Part shown: positions 31,859 through 43,012 of the stretch, in pieces | Layout of the letters: every line of letters starts with the position of its first letter | How positions within the stretch are numbered: the first letter of the stretch is position 1 | Origin: Nitrosopumilaceae archaeon | GTDB taxonomy: Archaea > Thermoproteota > Nitrososphaeria > Nitrososphaerales > Nitrosopumilaceae | NCBI GenBank assembly: GCA_965200155.1 | Contig: CBDATR010000005.1 | Span: 35,138-99,137 of the forward strand | Reading direction: 5' to 3' | DNA: 64,000 nucleotides | Position numbers and translations under genes: made by a program | The notes under the pieces: generated by a model | The model's database searches: none | What the model saw: only the letters and a program-made list of their open reading frames with translations | What the model was told of the DNA's origin: nothing

Positions 31859-32419
31859 TATAATATCAACCATAAGTCTTAGCCCATGGTTTTTTGTGGA
31901 GCGGAAAACTCGCACAATAGTCATGTTCATGAGATGTCGGTTTTCTGCCCCCTGAGTATAGGACGACTTGCTCAGCCGTCCGTTGCAGGGTATTCCTACC
32001 CGCATTGATATGAACATGTGTCTCCTGCACACATTGGGTGCAGACTAATCTACTCTTGATAATCTGGAATGCTTGCCAATATTCCCGCATACAAAGCATT
32101 TCTGGCTTGTGTGCTGGCTGGGAACCGCGATTAAATCTATACGCGAGCCTCACGTTTCTGGTCCATCTTGTGTAGGGAGCCACCAACACGGTTCTGGCGC
32201 ACCGTTCTATTAATGGAACGTTTCCGGTTACCACCGTGACTGACTTGTTATAGACAAACCGGTATGGGCGACACATCACATACACCCAGAGTGCAAGCTC
32301 GGGGTTTCGTTTGACTGGTATCTTTACCTTATGAACAACTGTTTTTATCATTCTGTTGTGGTGTTTGTTCCTTCTACGTACGTTCCTTTACCTGGCAAGA
32401 ACTTATGGTGAGTACTATA
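31859..32419 (-). mobile_element. Second-subfamily TIR-tnpB element, internally deleted (T4)
   Basis: Ends TATAATATCAACCATAAGTCTT / AACTTATGGTGAGTACTATA; ORF with TnpB-like N-terminus (CRPYRFVYNKSV). Confidence 0.65.
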
Positions 32420-32664
32420 ATACTGCGGAACAACTGTCATGACGTACAAAATAGAAAGATATGTGCATTCACCAACTGGTTGGAGGCAAAAAGAGCTCGA
32501 GCCAACTAGGGCTAGAAATTGGAGAAACGTTTAACTCGAGCAAAGGAGCAGTTGGGCCGCAAGCATAAAATCTACCCGTTGGCACATCCGGAAAATCGTG
32601 TCATCATTAGACATATATTAACACGAATAGTTGCAGGTAATGGTTTGTATATTTTGGGTGTAAA

Positions 32665-32934
32665 ATGGGGGAATTTTACATAATGGCCGCTAAAAAAAAT
32701 AAAGTTTTGGTACCGGATCATGTCTACGTCCCCAAGCATGAGATAATATCCAAAGAGGAGGCACAGGAAGTGCTTAGAAAGTATAACTGTACCCCCACTG
32801 AGCTGCCACTCATATTCGTGACAGATCCCGCCATAGCAGGTTTGGGCGTACGGCCAGGCGACATGATCAAGATATATCGTGACAGCCCTACCGCCGGCCA
32901 GAGCATATACTACAGGTACGTGGTTGAGGTATGA
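32665..32934 (+). CDS. rpoH: RNA polymerase subunit H (Rpo5)
   Basis: HVYVPKHEI, LPLIFVTDP, SPTAG..YYRYVV. Confidence 0.97.
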   Translation: MGEFYIMAAKKNKVLVPDHVYVPKHEIISKEEAQEVLRKYNCTPTELPLIFVTDPAIAGLGVRPGDMIKIYRDSPTAGQSIYYRYVVEV

Positions 32935-35900
32935 ACGAAACATCAAAGTGGTGGCCTGTCATACAGGATATCCTAAGAAGGGACGGGATAGACAGACAGC
33001 ATCTTAACTCGTTCAACGACTTCCTAAACAAGGGACTCCAGGAGATAATAGATGATGTAGGACAGGTGGAGATAGAGAATGCCGACTATCCGTACCGTAT
33101 CCAGATGGGGCGCGTAAAGTTGCAGAAGCCCCGGATGATGGAGCTGGATGGTTCCATTACACACATCACCCCCGGTGAGGCTAGGCTGAGAAACGTCTCC
33201 TACTCTGCCCCAATAATGATGGAAGCCAGTGTTGTTGAAGAAGGGCAGATACTGGAGTCTAGATACGTCCACATAGGCGATATCCCAATCATGGTGAAAT
33301 CCAACAAGTGTATCTTGTACAATCTCTCTCCTGAGAAGCTAGTGGGGCATGGCGAGGACGTACATGACCCCGGCGGCTACTTTATCATAAATGGATCCGA
33401 GCGTGTTGTTGTTGGCTTGGAGGATCTCTCTTACAACAAGATAATGGTGGACAAGGAGACAGTAAGCGGCAACATAGTCAACAAAGCCAAGGTGTATTCT
33501 TCCATATCCGGATTCAGATCAAAACTGGAGATAATCATGAAAAATGACGGTCTGCTGCTTTCAAAGATGCCCAGCACACCTGTAGATATCCCCGTGGCTG
33601 TCCTAATGCGGGCCTTGGGACTGGAATCGGACCAGGATATAGCCGAGACTGTCTCAATGAACGAAGAGATACAGGATCAGCTGGAGATATCCTTTGAAAA
33701 GACCAGGAATGATGTCAAGACTACCAAGGATGCAATCGTGTACATTAGCAAGAGAATTGCGCCAGGCATGCTAGAGGAGTTCCAGATAAAACGCGCCGAG
33801 ACACTACTGGACTGGAACCTATTGCCCCATCTGGGCAAAAAGACAGAGAATCGCAAGGAGAAAGCTCAGTTTCTGGGCGAGGCCACCTGTAAGCTGCTGG
33901 AGCTGCGCCTGGGGTTCATAGTACCGGATGACAAGGACCATTATGGCAACAAGGTGATAAAATTCGCCGGTCATCTGCTCTCGGAGATATTCCGTACATC
34001 TTTCAAGAACCTAATACGTGACATGAAGTACCAGCTGGAACGCTCGGGCCAGAAACGGGGTATAAACGCAGTAGCGGCAGCCATTCGTCCTGGCATAATA
34101 ACTGACAAAATAAACAATGCCATAGCCACGGGTAACTGGGGCCGGGGCCGGGTAGGTGTCACACAACTGCTTGACAGGACCAATTACCTCTCAACAATAA
34201 GCCACCTGAGACGTATACAGTCCCCTCTAAGTAGAACTCAGCCCAACTACGAGGCCCGGGATTTGCATTCAACCCATTTTGGCCGTATATGCCCCAACGA
34301 GACCCCAGAGGGTTCCAACTGTGGCTTGGTAAAAAACTTGGCACTGTCTGCCATAATATCGGTGGAGACTCCCGCCGAGGAGATCATAGAAAAGCTGTAC
34401 GAATTAGGCACGGTGCAGTTTGATGATGCCATGGATATCAGGCTGGACAGTACAAGGGTATTCGTCAATGGCCGACTCATAGGATACTACCAGGACGGTG
34501 AGGGCCTGACTACATCCCTGCGGGATATGCGCCGCCAGGACAAGATACATACACATGTAGGCATATCATATCATCCCGCAGAGATTCCCGGTGCCGCCAA
34601 TCGCCTATACGTTAACTGCAATGCAGGGCGCGTTTTGCGTCCCCTGATTATAGTGGATAATGGCAAGTCGCGCCTAACTGATGCCATACTTAGCAAGATA
34701 CAACAGAATCTGATTTCCTGGCATGATCTCCTGGCCATGGGAGTAATAGAGCTTGTAGATGCCAACGAGGAAGAGAACACCCATATCCGATTAGACGATA
34801 GCGACATGAAGAATAACACCCATCTGGAAATATTCTCGCCTGCCATACTTGGTGCAGGTGCCTCCACAATCCCGTATCCTGAACACAACCAGTCTCCGCG
34901 AAATACCTACGGCTCGGCAATGGCCAAACAGAGCTTGGGCTTTTCCACGCCAATGATGAACACCAGTACATACGTGAGACAGCACATAATGCTTTATCCC
35001 CAGACGCCTATTGTTAATACCAAATCCATGGGTCTCTTGGGCTTGGAGGACAGGCCCGCGGGACAAAACTGCGTGGTGGCGGTGCTTCCCTTTGATGGAT
35101 ATAACATAGAGGATGCCATAGTGATAAGCAAGGCTGCCGTGGATAGAGGTTTGGGCCGCACCTTCTTCTTCCGCATCTATGATGCAGAATCCAAGCAGTA
35201 TCCTGGCGGCGAGAGGGACACATTTGAGATACCCAACTCTGAGGATCGCATCCGGGGCTACAAGGGTGAGCGTGCATACAAATTACTGGAAGATGATGGC
35301 GTGGTCTCCAGCGAGGCCAATGTGGAAGGTGGTAACATACTCATAGGAAAGACTAGCCCGCCTAGGTACAACCAAGAGTTCCGGGAAGTGGAGAGTGTAG
35401 GCCGGGAGCGTCGTGATACATCCATTGGCGTCAGGCCCTCGGAGAACGGTGTTGTTGACACAGTAGTAATGACACAATCCAACGAGGGAGGCAAGATGTA
35501 CAAGATACGTGTACGTGATATGCGCGTGCCCGAGATAGGCGACAAGTTTGCTTCTCGACATGGACAGAAGGGGGTATTGGGCATACTGGCCAAGAACGAG
35601 GATTTACCATACACCGCGGACGGTATATCTCCTGATGTACTGATTAACCCCCATGCCTTCCCCTCCCGAATGACTGTGGGCATGTTCATGGAGTCCATAT
35701 GCGGTAAGGCTGCAGCTCTGCGGGGCTCAAAGTTTGATGGATCCGCCTTTGTAGGCGAGAAGATGGATGCAGTTCGGCAAGCCATGAACGAGACAGGATT
35801 TCACTATTCCGGCAAGGAGATAATGTACGACGGCCGTACCGGCAAACCATTCCCGGTAGATGTCTTTATTGGGGTAGTTTACTACCAGAAACTGCACCAT

Positions 35901-36275
35901 ATGGTGGCGGACAAGATTCACGCCCGAGCCAGGGGCCAGGTACAAATGCTCACAAAACAGCCCACCGAGGGCAGGGCTAGAGGTGGCGGACTGAGATTCG
36001 GCGAGATGGAGAGGGACTGTCTCATAGCTTACGGCGCATCCATGATACTCAAGGACAGACTGCTGGATGAGTCTGACAAGTCTGACGTATATGTCTGTGA
36101 GCGTTGCGGTCTTGTGGCATACCATGACGTAAAGCAGCGCAAGTATGTATGTCGCATCTGCGGCGACAAGGCCAGCGTCTCGTCCATATCCGTAGCATAT
36201 GCTTTCAAACTGCTACTACAGGAGATGCAGAGCCTCAACGTTGCACCCAGATTGCTCATACGGGAGAAGGTATAA
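32931..36275 (+). CDS. rpoB: RNA polymerase subunit B (Rpo2)
   Basis: GDKFASRHGQKG, GGLRFGEMERD. Confidence 0.98.
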   Translation: MNETSKWWPVIQDILRRDGIDRQHLNSFNDFLNKGLQEIIDDVGQVEIENADYPYRIQMGRVKLQKPRMMELDGSITHITPGEARLRNVSYSAPIMMEASVVEEGQILESRYVHIGDIPIMVKSNKCILYNLSPEKLVGHGEDVHDPGGYFIINGSERVVVGLEDLSYNKIMVDKETVSGNIVNKAKVYSSISGFRSKLEIIMKNDGLLLSKMPSTPVDIPVAVLMRALGLESDQDIAETVSMNEEIQDQLEISFEKTRNDVKTTKDAIVYISKRIAPGMLEEFQIKRAETLLDWNLLPHLGKKTENRKEKAQFLGEATCKLLELRLGFIVPDDKDHYGNKVIKFAGHLLSEIFRTSFKNLIRDMKYQLERSGQKRGINAVAAAIRPGIITDKINNAIATGNWGRGRVGVTQLLDRTNYLSTISHLRRIQSPLSRTQPNYEARDLHSTHFGRICPNETPEGSNCGLVKNLALSAIISVETPAEEIIEKLYELGTVQFDDAMDIRLDSTRVFVNGRLIGYYQDGEGLTTSLRDMRRQDKIHTHVGISYHPAEIPGAANRLYVNCNAGRVLRPLIIVDNGKSRLTDAILSKIQQNLISWHDLLAMGVIELVDANEEENTHIRLDDSDMKNNTHLEIFSPAILGAGASTIPYPEHNQSPRNTYGSAMAKQSLGFSTPMMNTSTYVRQHIMLYPQTPIVNTKSMGLLGLEDRPAGQNCVVAVLPFDGYNIEDAIVISKAAVDRGLGRTFFFRIYDAESKQYPGGERDTFEIPNSEDRIRGYKGERAYKLLEDDGVVSSEANVEGGNILIGKTSPPRYNQEFREVESVGRERRDTSIGVRPSENGVVDTVVMTQSNEGGKMYKIRVRDMRVPEIGDKFASRHGQKGVLGILAKNEDLPYTADGISPDVLINPHAFPSRMTVGMFMESICGKAAALRGSKFDGSAFVGEKMDAVRQAMNETGFHYSGKEIMYDGRTGKPFPVDVFIGVVYYQKLHHMVADKIHARARGQVQMLTKQPTEGRARGGGLRFGEMERDCLIAYGASMILKDRLLDESDKSDVYVCERCGLVAYHDVKQRKYVCRICGDKASVSSISVAYAFKLLLQEMQSLNVAPRLLIREKV

Positions 36276-39200
36276 TGTCCTCTGTTCAGACTATAAAATC
36301 CGTTGACGGAATACGTTTCTCTGTATGGTCACCGACGGAGATTCGCAAGTATTCTGTGGCAGAGATAACCGCCCCGGAGACGTACGACGAGGAGGGTACT
36401 CCGGTACATGGTGGCCTGATGGACGGACATTTGGGCGTTCTGGAACCGGGACAAAAGTGTCTAACTTGCGGAAACACCGCGGCGTTGTGCCCGGGACACT
36501 TTGGCCATATCGAGCTGGCTGAGCCTGCAATGCATATTGCATTCATCGATAACATACACAAGCTGCTCATCTCCATCTGCCGATCCTGCTCCCGGCTAAA
36601 AATACCCCAGGAGGATTTGGACGAATTTCTCAGAATACGCAACAAGCAAGCTGCGTACTCTATCATATCACAAAAACGCATACCTGAACAGATTATAGAC
36701 AAGGCCCGCAAGACCGTGGACTGCCCACATTGTGGAAAAAAGCAGTATGATCTGATATTTACAAAGCCTACAACCTTTGTGGAAAAGGCAGACAATGAAG
36801 AGCACAGGCTGCTTCCCATAACCATACGTAACCGATTCTCTCAGGTGATTGACGATGATCTCGTACTCTTGGGATATGATCCAGACACTGCAAGACCGGA
36901 GTGGTTCATACTGCAGGCATTGCCTGTCCCGCCTGTCACTGTTCGCCCTTCCATAATACTTGAGACCGGTATAAGATCCGAGGACGATCTTACTCACAAG
37001 ATGGTTGATATCATACGGGTAAACCAGCGACTAAAGGAGAGCAAAGAGGCGGGGACGCCACCTCTCATAGTGCAGGATTTGGTAGACCTATTACAGTATC
37101 ACATAACCACGTACTTTGACAACGAGGTATCGGGAATCCCGCAAGCCCATCACCGTTCCGGCAGACCACTCAAGACACTCACACAAAGACTGAAAGGCAA
37201 GGAGGGGAGATTCCGTGGCTCCCTATCCGGAAAGAGGGTGGACTTTTCCAGTAGGACTGTAATATCGCCGGATCCCAATCTTGATCTCTCTGAGGTGGGT
37301 GTTCCTGAAATTGTTGCCATAAAACTCACTATACCGGAGATGATTACCGAATGGAACATCGAGGATATCAAGAAGCTTGTCATAAACGGACCGGATACGT
37401 ATCCCGGCGTAAACTACATCATGAGACCTGATGGTGTCAAAATAAGGCTGGACTTTGTTGAAGACCGCTCTGCCATATCAGAGAATCTGGAGGTGGGGTA
37501 CCGGGTGGAGAGGCACCTGGCTGATGGTGATATTGTAATGTTCAACAGGCAGCCATCGTTGCACCAAATGTCCATAATGGCACACTACGTCAAGGTATTG
37601 CCGGGGCGCACCTTTAGGCTCCATCCGGCAGTATGTCCGCCTTATAATGCGGACTTTGATGGCGATGAAATGAACCTGCATGTGCCGCAGAGTGAGGAGG
37701 CGCGCGCAGAAGCCATACTACTTATGCGTGTCCAGGACCAGATAATATCGCCCAGATATGGCGGGCCCATAATCGGTGGATTGCGGGACTTTGTTACAGG
37801 CGCGTATCTTTTGACAAAGGATGACACGGTACTGGATATACATGATTTTGCCAACTTGGCCATGCTGGGCGGATATGATGGTACCATGCCCGAACCTGCG
37901 CACAGTAACGAGAAGGGACCGGTATACACGGGCAAGCAATTATTCTCGCTCTTCCTGCCTGATGATTTCAACTACACCATGACATCAAAATGGTCCAAGG
38001 GAACTGTGGGAACCGAAAAGGATGTGGTGATAAAGAATGGCCAACTTATACAAGGCGTAATAGACAAGTCTGCCATAGGCGCCGAGGAGCCGGAGAGTGT
38101 ACTGCACCGTCTTGCCAAGGACTATGGAAATACAACTGCCAAAACGTTCCTTAACTCCATACTGGTCATAGTAAAACAGTTCATTACGCATTATGGTTTC
38201 AGTTATGGATACGGTGACTTGGAGATAGGTGGGGAACGACGGGGTGCCATACTTAATGGCATACAGGACGCGTATACTCAGGTATCTACACTTATGGAGG
38301 ATTTGCGCAATGGTGACTACAAGGCAACAAGAGGCCTATCTGATACGGAGTCACTGGAGCGTGATATAGTCAATGAACTATCCAAGGCCAGAGACCTGTC
38401 TGGCACTACGGCAGATCGGGCTATGGGTATGTCTAATCCCGCCAGAATAATGGCTACCACTGGCGCCAGGGGCTCCTCCTTGAATATAGGCCAGATGGCC
38501 GGAGCCTTGGGGCAGCAGTCCAGACGGGGAAACCGACTGATGGATGGCTATACTAATCGTGCATTACCTCACTTTGAGGAGTATGATGAGAACCCGGATG
38601 CCAGCGGGTTTGTTAAATCCAATTATAGGGACGGTCTCTCCATACTGGAGTTCTTCTTCCACGCAATGGGTGGGCGTGAAGGCTTGGTGGACACCGCGGT
38701 ACGTACCCAGCAGAGCGGTTACATGCAGAGGAGGCTTATCAATGCCTTGGAACACATAAAGCTGGAATACGACGGAACGGTACGAGACCCTCATGGTCAC
38801 ATAGTACAGTTCCTATACGGTGAAGACGGCATAGATGTGGCAAAGAGTGATCATGGCGAGGCATTCAACATAGAGCGCAAGATAGAGTCCCAGCGTATGG
38901 TGGACTCTGGCAGTCCTGCTACCTGGGAGGAGATAGACGAATTATTGCTCAAGTATACCAACGTCTTCAACCAGCACCTAAAGAATAATGTGGCAGCTGC
39001 AATGCAAAAATCTAACTTATCTAGGATCGGAGTTGAGCGGGTATGCAAGCAGAGCTTGGACTTGTACAACAAGGCCAAGGTTGAACCCGGTCAGGCTGTG
39101 GGTATAGTAACGGCACAATCCATCGGCGAACCCGGCACACAAATGACACTGCGTACATTCCACTTTGCTGGCATACGTGAAAGAAACGTAACGCTGGGCC

Positions 39201-40096
39201 TGCCCCGGCTCATCGAGCTTGTTGATGCGCGTAAAAAGCCCAACACACCCACCATGGACATATTCCTGAAGAAGGATGTAGCCACAGACCAGAAAATAGC
39301 CCTGGATGTAGCACAGAATGTGAAGCAGACCCGAATTAGAAACCTAATACTTGATACCAATACAGACTATAGTACCTTCATTACTTTACTATTCAACGAG
39401 AAGCGAATGAGGGAGCGGGGTATTACCGTGGAAAGTATTGCAGATAGCCTACAATCCAACAAGAAGTTCAAGACTGAGCCCGGTGACATGCAACTACTCT
39501 TGCGTTTCCACTCGGAGACCGATGCATCTACAGTCATAACCGTCCAGAACAAGATACTGAACACAACCATAAAGGGAGTGGCTGATGTGGCGCGCGTTAC
39601 CGTAATAAAGAAAGACAACCAGTGGAGTATTCAGACCACCGGCTCCAACCTTTCCAAGGTACTGGAGATTGAGGGTGTAGACAAGAACAGAATACTTACA
39701 AACAACGTCTTTGAGATAAGCGAAACTTTGGGCATAGAAGCTGCCCGCAATGCGCTTATACACGAGCTTACGACCACACTGGAGGATCAGGGTCTGGAAG
39801 TTGATGTGCGGTATATCATGCTGGTAGCAGACCTGATGTGCTCTCGTGGTCACATGCAGCAGATAGGCCGTCATGGTATTGCAGGTACCAAGGACAGTGT
39901 TCTGGCTAGGGCAGCCTTTGAGATTACCGTTCCTACAATCGCCCATGCGGCGTTGGCCGGAGAGGTGGAACAACTCAAGGGAGTAACTGAAAATGTTATT
40001 GTTGGAAGCAACATACCAATAGGCAGTGGCACTGTTGACTTGTACATGCAGGTAAGCAAGAGACGTGATGATGTGGACACATCATCGAATACATAG
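36275..40096 (+). CDS. rpoA: RNA polymerase subunit A, A'/A'' fused (Rpo1)
   Basis: NADFDGDEMN; continuous into AQSIGEPGTQMTLRTFH; ATG overlaps the rpoB stop. Confidence 0.98.
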   Translation: MSSVQTIKSVDGIRFSVWSPTEIRKYSVAEITAPETYDEEGTPVHGGLMDGHLGVLEPGQKCLTCGNTAALCPGHFGHIELAEPAMHIAFIDNIHKLLISICRSCSRLKIPQEDLDEFLRIRNKQAAYSIISQKRIPEQIIDKARKTVDCPHCGKKQYDLIFTKPTTFVEKADNEEHRLLPITIRNRFSQVIDDDLVLLGYDPDTARPEWFILQALPVPPVTVRPSIILETGIRSEDDLTHKMVDIIRVNQRLKESKEAGTPPLIVQDLVDLLQYHITTYFDNEVSGIPQAHHRSGRPLKTLTQRLKGKEGRFRGSLSGKRVDFSSRTVISPDPNLDLSEVGVPEIVAIKLTIPEMITEWNIEDIKKLVINGPDTYPGVNYIMRPDGVKIRLDFVEDRSAISENLEVGYRVERHLADGDIVMFNRQPSLHQMSIMAHYVKVLPGRTFRLHPAVCPPYNADFDGDEMNLHVPQSEEARAEAILLMRVQDQIISPRYGGPIIGGLRDFVTGAYLLTKDDTVLDIHDFANLAMLGGYDGTMPEPAHSNEKGPVYTGKQLFSLFLPDDFNYTMTSKWSKGTVGTEKDVVIKNGQLIQGVIDKSAIGAEEPESVLHRLAKDYGNTTAKTFLNSILVIVKQFITHYGFSYGYGDLEIGGERRGAILNGIQDAYTQVSTLMEDLRNGDYKATRGLSDTESLERDIVNELSKARDLSGTTADRAMGMSNPARIMATTGARGSSLNIGQMAGALGQQSRRGNRLMDGYTNRALPHFEEYDENPDASGFVKSNYRDGLSILEFFFHAMGGREGLVDTAVRTQQSGYMQRRLINALEHIKLEYDGTVRDPHGHIVQFLYGEDGIDVAKSDHGEAFNIERKIESQRMVDSGSPATWEEIDELLLKYTNVFNQHLKNNVAAAMQKSNLSRIGVERVCKQSLDLYNKAKVEPGQAVGIVTAQSIGEPGTQMTLRTFHFAGIRERNVTLGLPRLIELVDARKKPNTPTMDIFLKKDVATDQKIALDVAQNVKQTRIRNLILDTNTDYSTFITLLFNEKRMRERGITVESIADSLQSNKKFKTEPGDMQLLLRFHSETDASTVITVQNKILNTTIKGVADVARVTVIKKDNQWSIQTTGSNLSKVLEIEGVDKNRILTNNVFEISETLGIEAARNALIHELTTTLEDQGLEVDVRYIMLVADLMCSRGHMQQIGRHGIAGTKDSVLARAAFEITVPTIAHAALAGEVEQLKGVTENVIVGSNIPIGSGTVDLYMQVSKRRDDVDTSSNT

Positions 40097-40405
40097 TACC
40101 TGTCTATTTTTGCGCATAACAAGATGAATCGATGTTTGGTCATGTTATACAGTAAGGCTTGTACTCGCAAATATCTGAGTGTATTTCCGGCGATTCTTGG
40201 AACGATGGATTCCCATATGGTATATAATTATGCAAATTTTCCAAGTGTGCGTATTGTATTATTAATTTCAGTTATTTATGCGGCTATGTATTTTTTGTAT
40301 ATTTGTGCCTGAATTTGGACACAATATTGGTTATACATTTGGATTGCAATCGCGCTAAGGCAGTGCCATGTCCACCATTCAAGCATAAGTGGTACCAAAT
40401 TTTAG

Positions 40406-40497
40406 GTATGAGTTCACGTCTTCCGGAATCTTATGCACAAATCGCATTAACTGTCGCGATCAGTTATGCGTAAATTTAGACACAGGTGAACTCATAC
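40406..40497 (+). mobile_element. 92-bp MITE
   Basis: TIRs; TSD AATTTTAG. Confidence 0.95.
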
Positions 40498-40715
40498 AAT
40501 TTTAGGTTTAAACGGCGCATATTTTATGATACAAGTTCATTAACAGGCTCAGGACGAGTCCCTACCATTGGCCAGGAACCGGTTTGCCCGCATATTCTAG
40601 GTAACCGCGATTAATGAACGGGGTTTTAGATAACGCGTGAATTTGCACAGTAGTTGAGAAGCTCGCTTTAGTACTGCCAAATAATTATATTTGAATTAAT
40701 GTACAACAGGCTGGT

Positions 40716-40803
40716 AGCCCGATAGTCTAGCGGTCAAATGGATACAGGCCAAGGATCCCGCGCTCTGGACGCGGGGGCGGCAGTTCGAATCTGCCTCGGG
40801 CTA
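40716..40803 (+). tRNA. tRNA-Gln(CTG) with ~15-nt D-loop intron
   Basis: AGCCCGA/TCGGGCT acceptor stem, CCGCG CTCTGGA CGCGG anticodon arm, GTTCGAATC; extra 15 nt in D arm. Confidence 0.88.
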
Positions 40804-40876
40804 TTGTTACTCATTATGCTGACCAAGTCCAGAATACAGTCGTTTAGTTATACTGTATGCTTGAAAAAGCTATATG

Positions 40877-41476
40877 CTATCTTGATGCTTGAGCTATTCG
40901 TTCCAGCTCGTTCTTCTTCTTGACTGATGGTGATGCAGGATCGTTGGCGGCGGCAGACAACAGGTGTTCGGCCATCCACTCCTCTACAGATTTTGGATTG
41001 GCAAAGGCTTTCTCTTTTACGCCGTCGGCGATGAATCTCAGTGCAAGATCCACTCTGCGTATTGGTGCTACATCAACAGACAGGTGATATGTGGTTCCGC
41101 CGTACACTATACGGGTGGTGTCCTCGTTGGGGGCAGAATTCTCCACTGCCCGTACCAGTACCTCCACTGGGTTTTTGCCTGTCTTTAGCCATATTATGTC
41201 AAATGCAGTACGAACTGTGTTAATAGCCCGTGTCTTCTTTCCTGCCATGCGACCTGTATTCTTTGCATAGCGCTTGCCGAAATGCATTATCTTGTTGCAT
41301 AACCGCTCTACGATATTTACGTCCGCCTTGTTGTATCTCTTTAATGCAGAACGGCCAAAAGTATACGGTATTGCCTGGGGCCGCAGTGAGATGGCTGTCT
41401 TGAGACCCGGATCTTTTATCTCTATTTCACTGAGATCATATTTGCGAAATAGTAGTATGGATTTCTCTGATTCCAT
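40877..41476 (-). CDS. rps7: 30S ribosomal protein S7
   Basis: NPVEVLVRAVEN, VDVAPIRRVD, ERIAQASR. Confidence 0.97.
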   Translation of the reverse strand: MESEKSILLFRKYDLSEIEIKDPGLKTAISLRPQAIPYTFGRSALKRYNKADVNIVERLCNKIMHFGKRYAKNTGRMAGKKTRAINTVRTAFDIIWLKTGKNPVEVLVRAVENSAPNEDTTRIVYGGTTYHLSVDVAPIRRVDLALRFIADGVKEKAFANPKSVEEWMAEHLLSAAANDPASPSVKKKNELERIAQASR

Positions 41477-41480
41477 ATAA

Positions 41481-41918
41481 TCACCTACGGGGTTTCTCCT
41501 TCTTGCCTATTACAAGCTCATGGAGCGATGTACCATTGACCTTGAATACCTTGAAGCGGACACCGGGAATATCTCCCATGGCTCCGCCCTGGGTAGCGCC
41601 CATTCCCTGTATGTGTACCTCGTCATGCTCTTCAATAAAATTCAGCGCTCCGTCACGTGGAAGAAATGCAGAGACCGATTTGCCGTTTTTAATAAGCTGG
41701 ACACGGACACACTTTCGTACCGCGGAGTTGGGCTGTTTGGCTGCAACTCCTATCTTTTCTAGTACTATGCCACGTGCTTGTGGGGCTCCTGCCAGTGGAT
41801 CTGCCTTTTTGTCTATTCCCAATCGCCGACGCTTAAATGACGAAATTGCCCATCGTTGTCGTTTTCTCTTTGATTTGAGTACACGACCTGCAAATAATCC
41901 CAGCGGTGACTTTGTCAT
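41481..41918 (-). CDS. rps12: 30S ribosomal protein S12
   Basis: [21 protein letters not shown]. Confidence 0.98.
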   Translation of the reverse strand: MTKSPLGLFAGRVLKSKRKRQRWAISSFKRRRLGIDKKADPLAGAPQARGIVLEKIGVAAKQPNSAVRKCVRVQLIKNGKSVSAFLPRDGALNFIEEHDEVHIQGMGATQGGAMGDIPGVRFKVFKVNGTSLHELVIGKKEKPRR

Positions 41919-41925
41919 ATCTACA

Positions 41926-42387
41926 TCACCACTCCAGGGACTGCCTCTGTGGACTGTTTATCATAACGTATCCTATGTCAAAATGACGCTTGGCCAGAAG
42001 ACGAGCCTTTTCTGCATTGCGGCCTTCCCTGCCTACTACAATGCCCTTCTTTCCCGCATCTACGGTTACGGTGGCCTGTTTTGTACCATCCGTTCTGGTA
42101 CTAATCTCCACATTTGAGACTAGCTTGCTATTTAACATATTTTTCAGAAATCTCTCTGGCTCACTGTGAAACTCTACCAACTCCACATTGCGCTTGATCA
42201 TGTTCTGCAATGATTTAATGTGAATGCCGCCCTTGCCTATGGCCAAACCCATCTTGCCTGATCCCACAACAAATATCACACGATCCAGTTTCTCGTCTTC
42301 AATACAATCCATAGCTGACGACTTTGTAACTTTTTGGAAAAGTGACATCATTCGCATTTGTTCGCTAGTTAGTTTAATAGCCTGCAT
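41926..42387 (-). CDS. nusA: Archaeal NusA (KH domains)
   Basis: [18 protein letters not shown]. Confidence 0.93.
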   Translation of the reverse strand: MQAIKLTSEQMRMMSLFQKVTKSSAMDCIEDEKLDRVIFVVGSGKMGLAIGKGGIHIKSLQNMIKRNVELVEFHSEPERFLKNMLNSKLVSNVEISTRTDGTKQATVTVDAGKKGIVVGREGRNAEKARLLAKRHFDIGYVMINSPQRQSLEW

Positions 42388-42402
42388 ACCCCAATTACAC
42401 AC

Positions 42403-42735
42403 CTAGACATTACTCTCATTTATAGTTTGATTGTTTCCGCTCTCCTTTATGACTGACTGAACTGTTGCAGGACTTGCATCTCTTAATGAGAGTGTGGATA
42501 CGCGAAACTGCAACCCGCACATTTTGCCAAGCGTTCTGGAATTTCCGTCGAATCTAACAACTGGTACGTCTTCCTTTTCTGCTGCTTGAATTGCGCTATC
42601 CATGGTTACTGATCCTGAATTTGAGCACACCACCAAGTTGGACGACTTGATGGAGTTAAGTACCTGCCTTGATCCTAGTACCACGCGCTTCTCCCGTATG
42701 GCATCTTTGAGAGTTTTTGCTAGTATTTTACTCAT
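42403..42735 (-). CDS. rpl30e: 50S ribosomal protein L30e
   Basis: VVLGSRQ, LGKMCGLQFRVS; upstream of nusA. Confidence 0.9.
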   Translation of the reverse strand: MSKILAKTLKDAIREKRVVLGSRQVLNSIKSSNLVVCSNSGSVTMDSAIQAAEKEDVPVVRFDGNSRTLGKMCGLQFRVSTLSLRDASPATVQSVIKESGNNQTINESNV

Positions 42736-43012
42736 AAGGTGATTTTTGCCGTGTTGAATTTATACCTTTGTGTAAATTTAAATGCAGTACAATTTGTGAC
42801 CAATTTTGCCCTATGGTTCTGTTTGTTGCGCCATATCAAATTTCAACTGGTGGTGGAATAATTTAAAAAACATGTACAAAAAAATGCGCATTATATTTTA
42901 ATGATGAGCGATTATGTAAATAAATCATAGTTAAAAATATCATACACAAAATCCATTATTTGTGGATTTCCTGCCCCATTAGAATAAACTCCATGGTACA
43001 CATTCACGTGAT

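Noticed and set aside
36275-40096. Fused RpoA'/A''
   Set aside because: Normal for Nitrososphaerota
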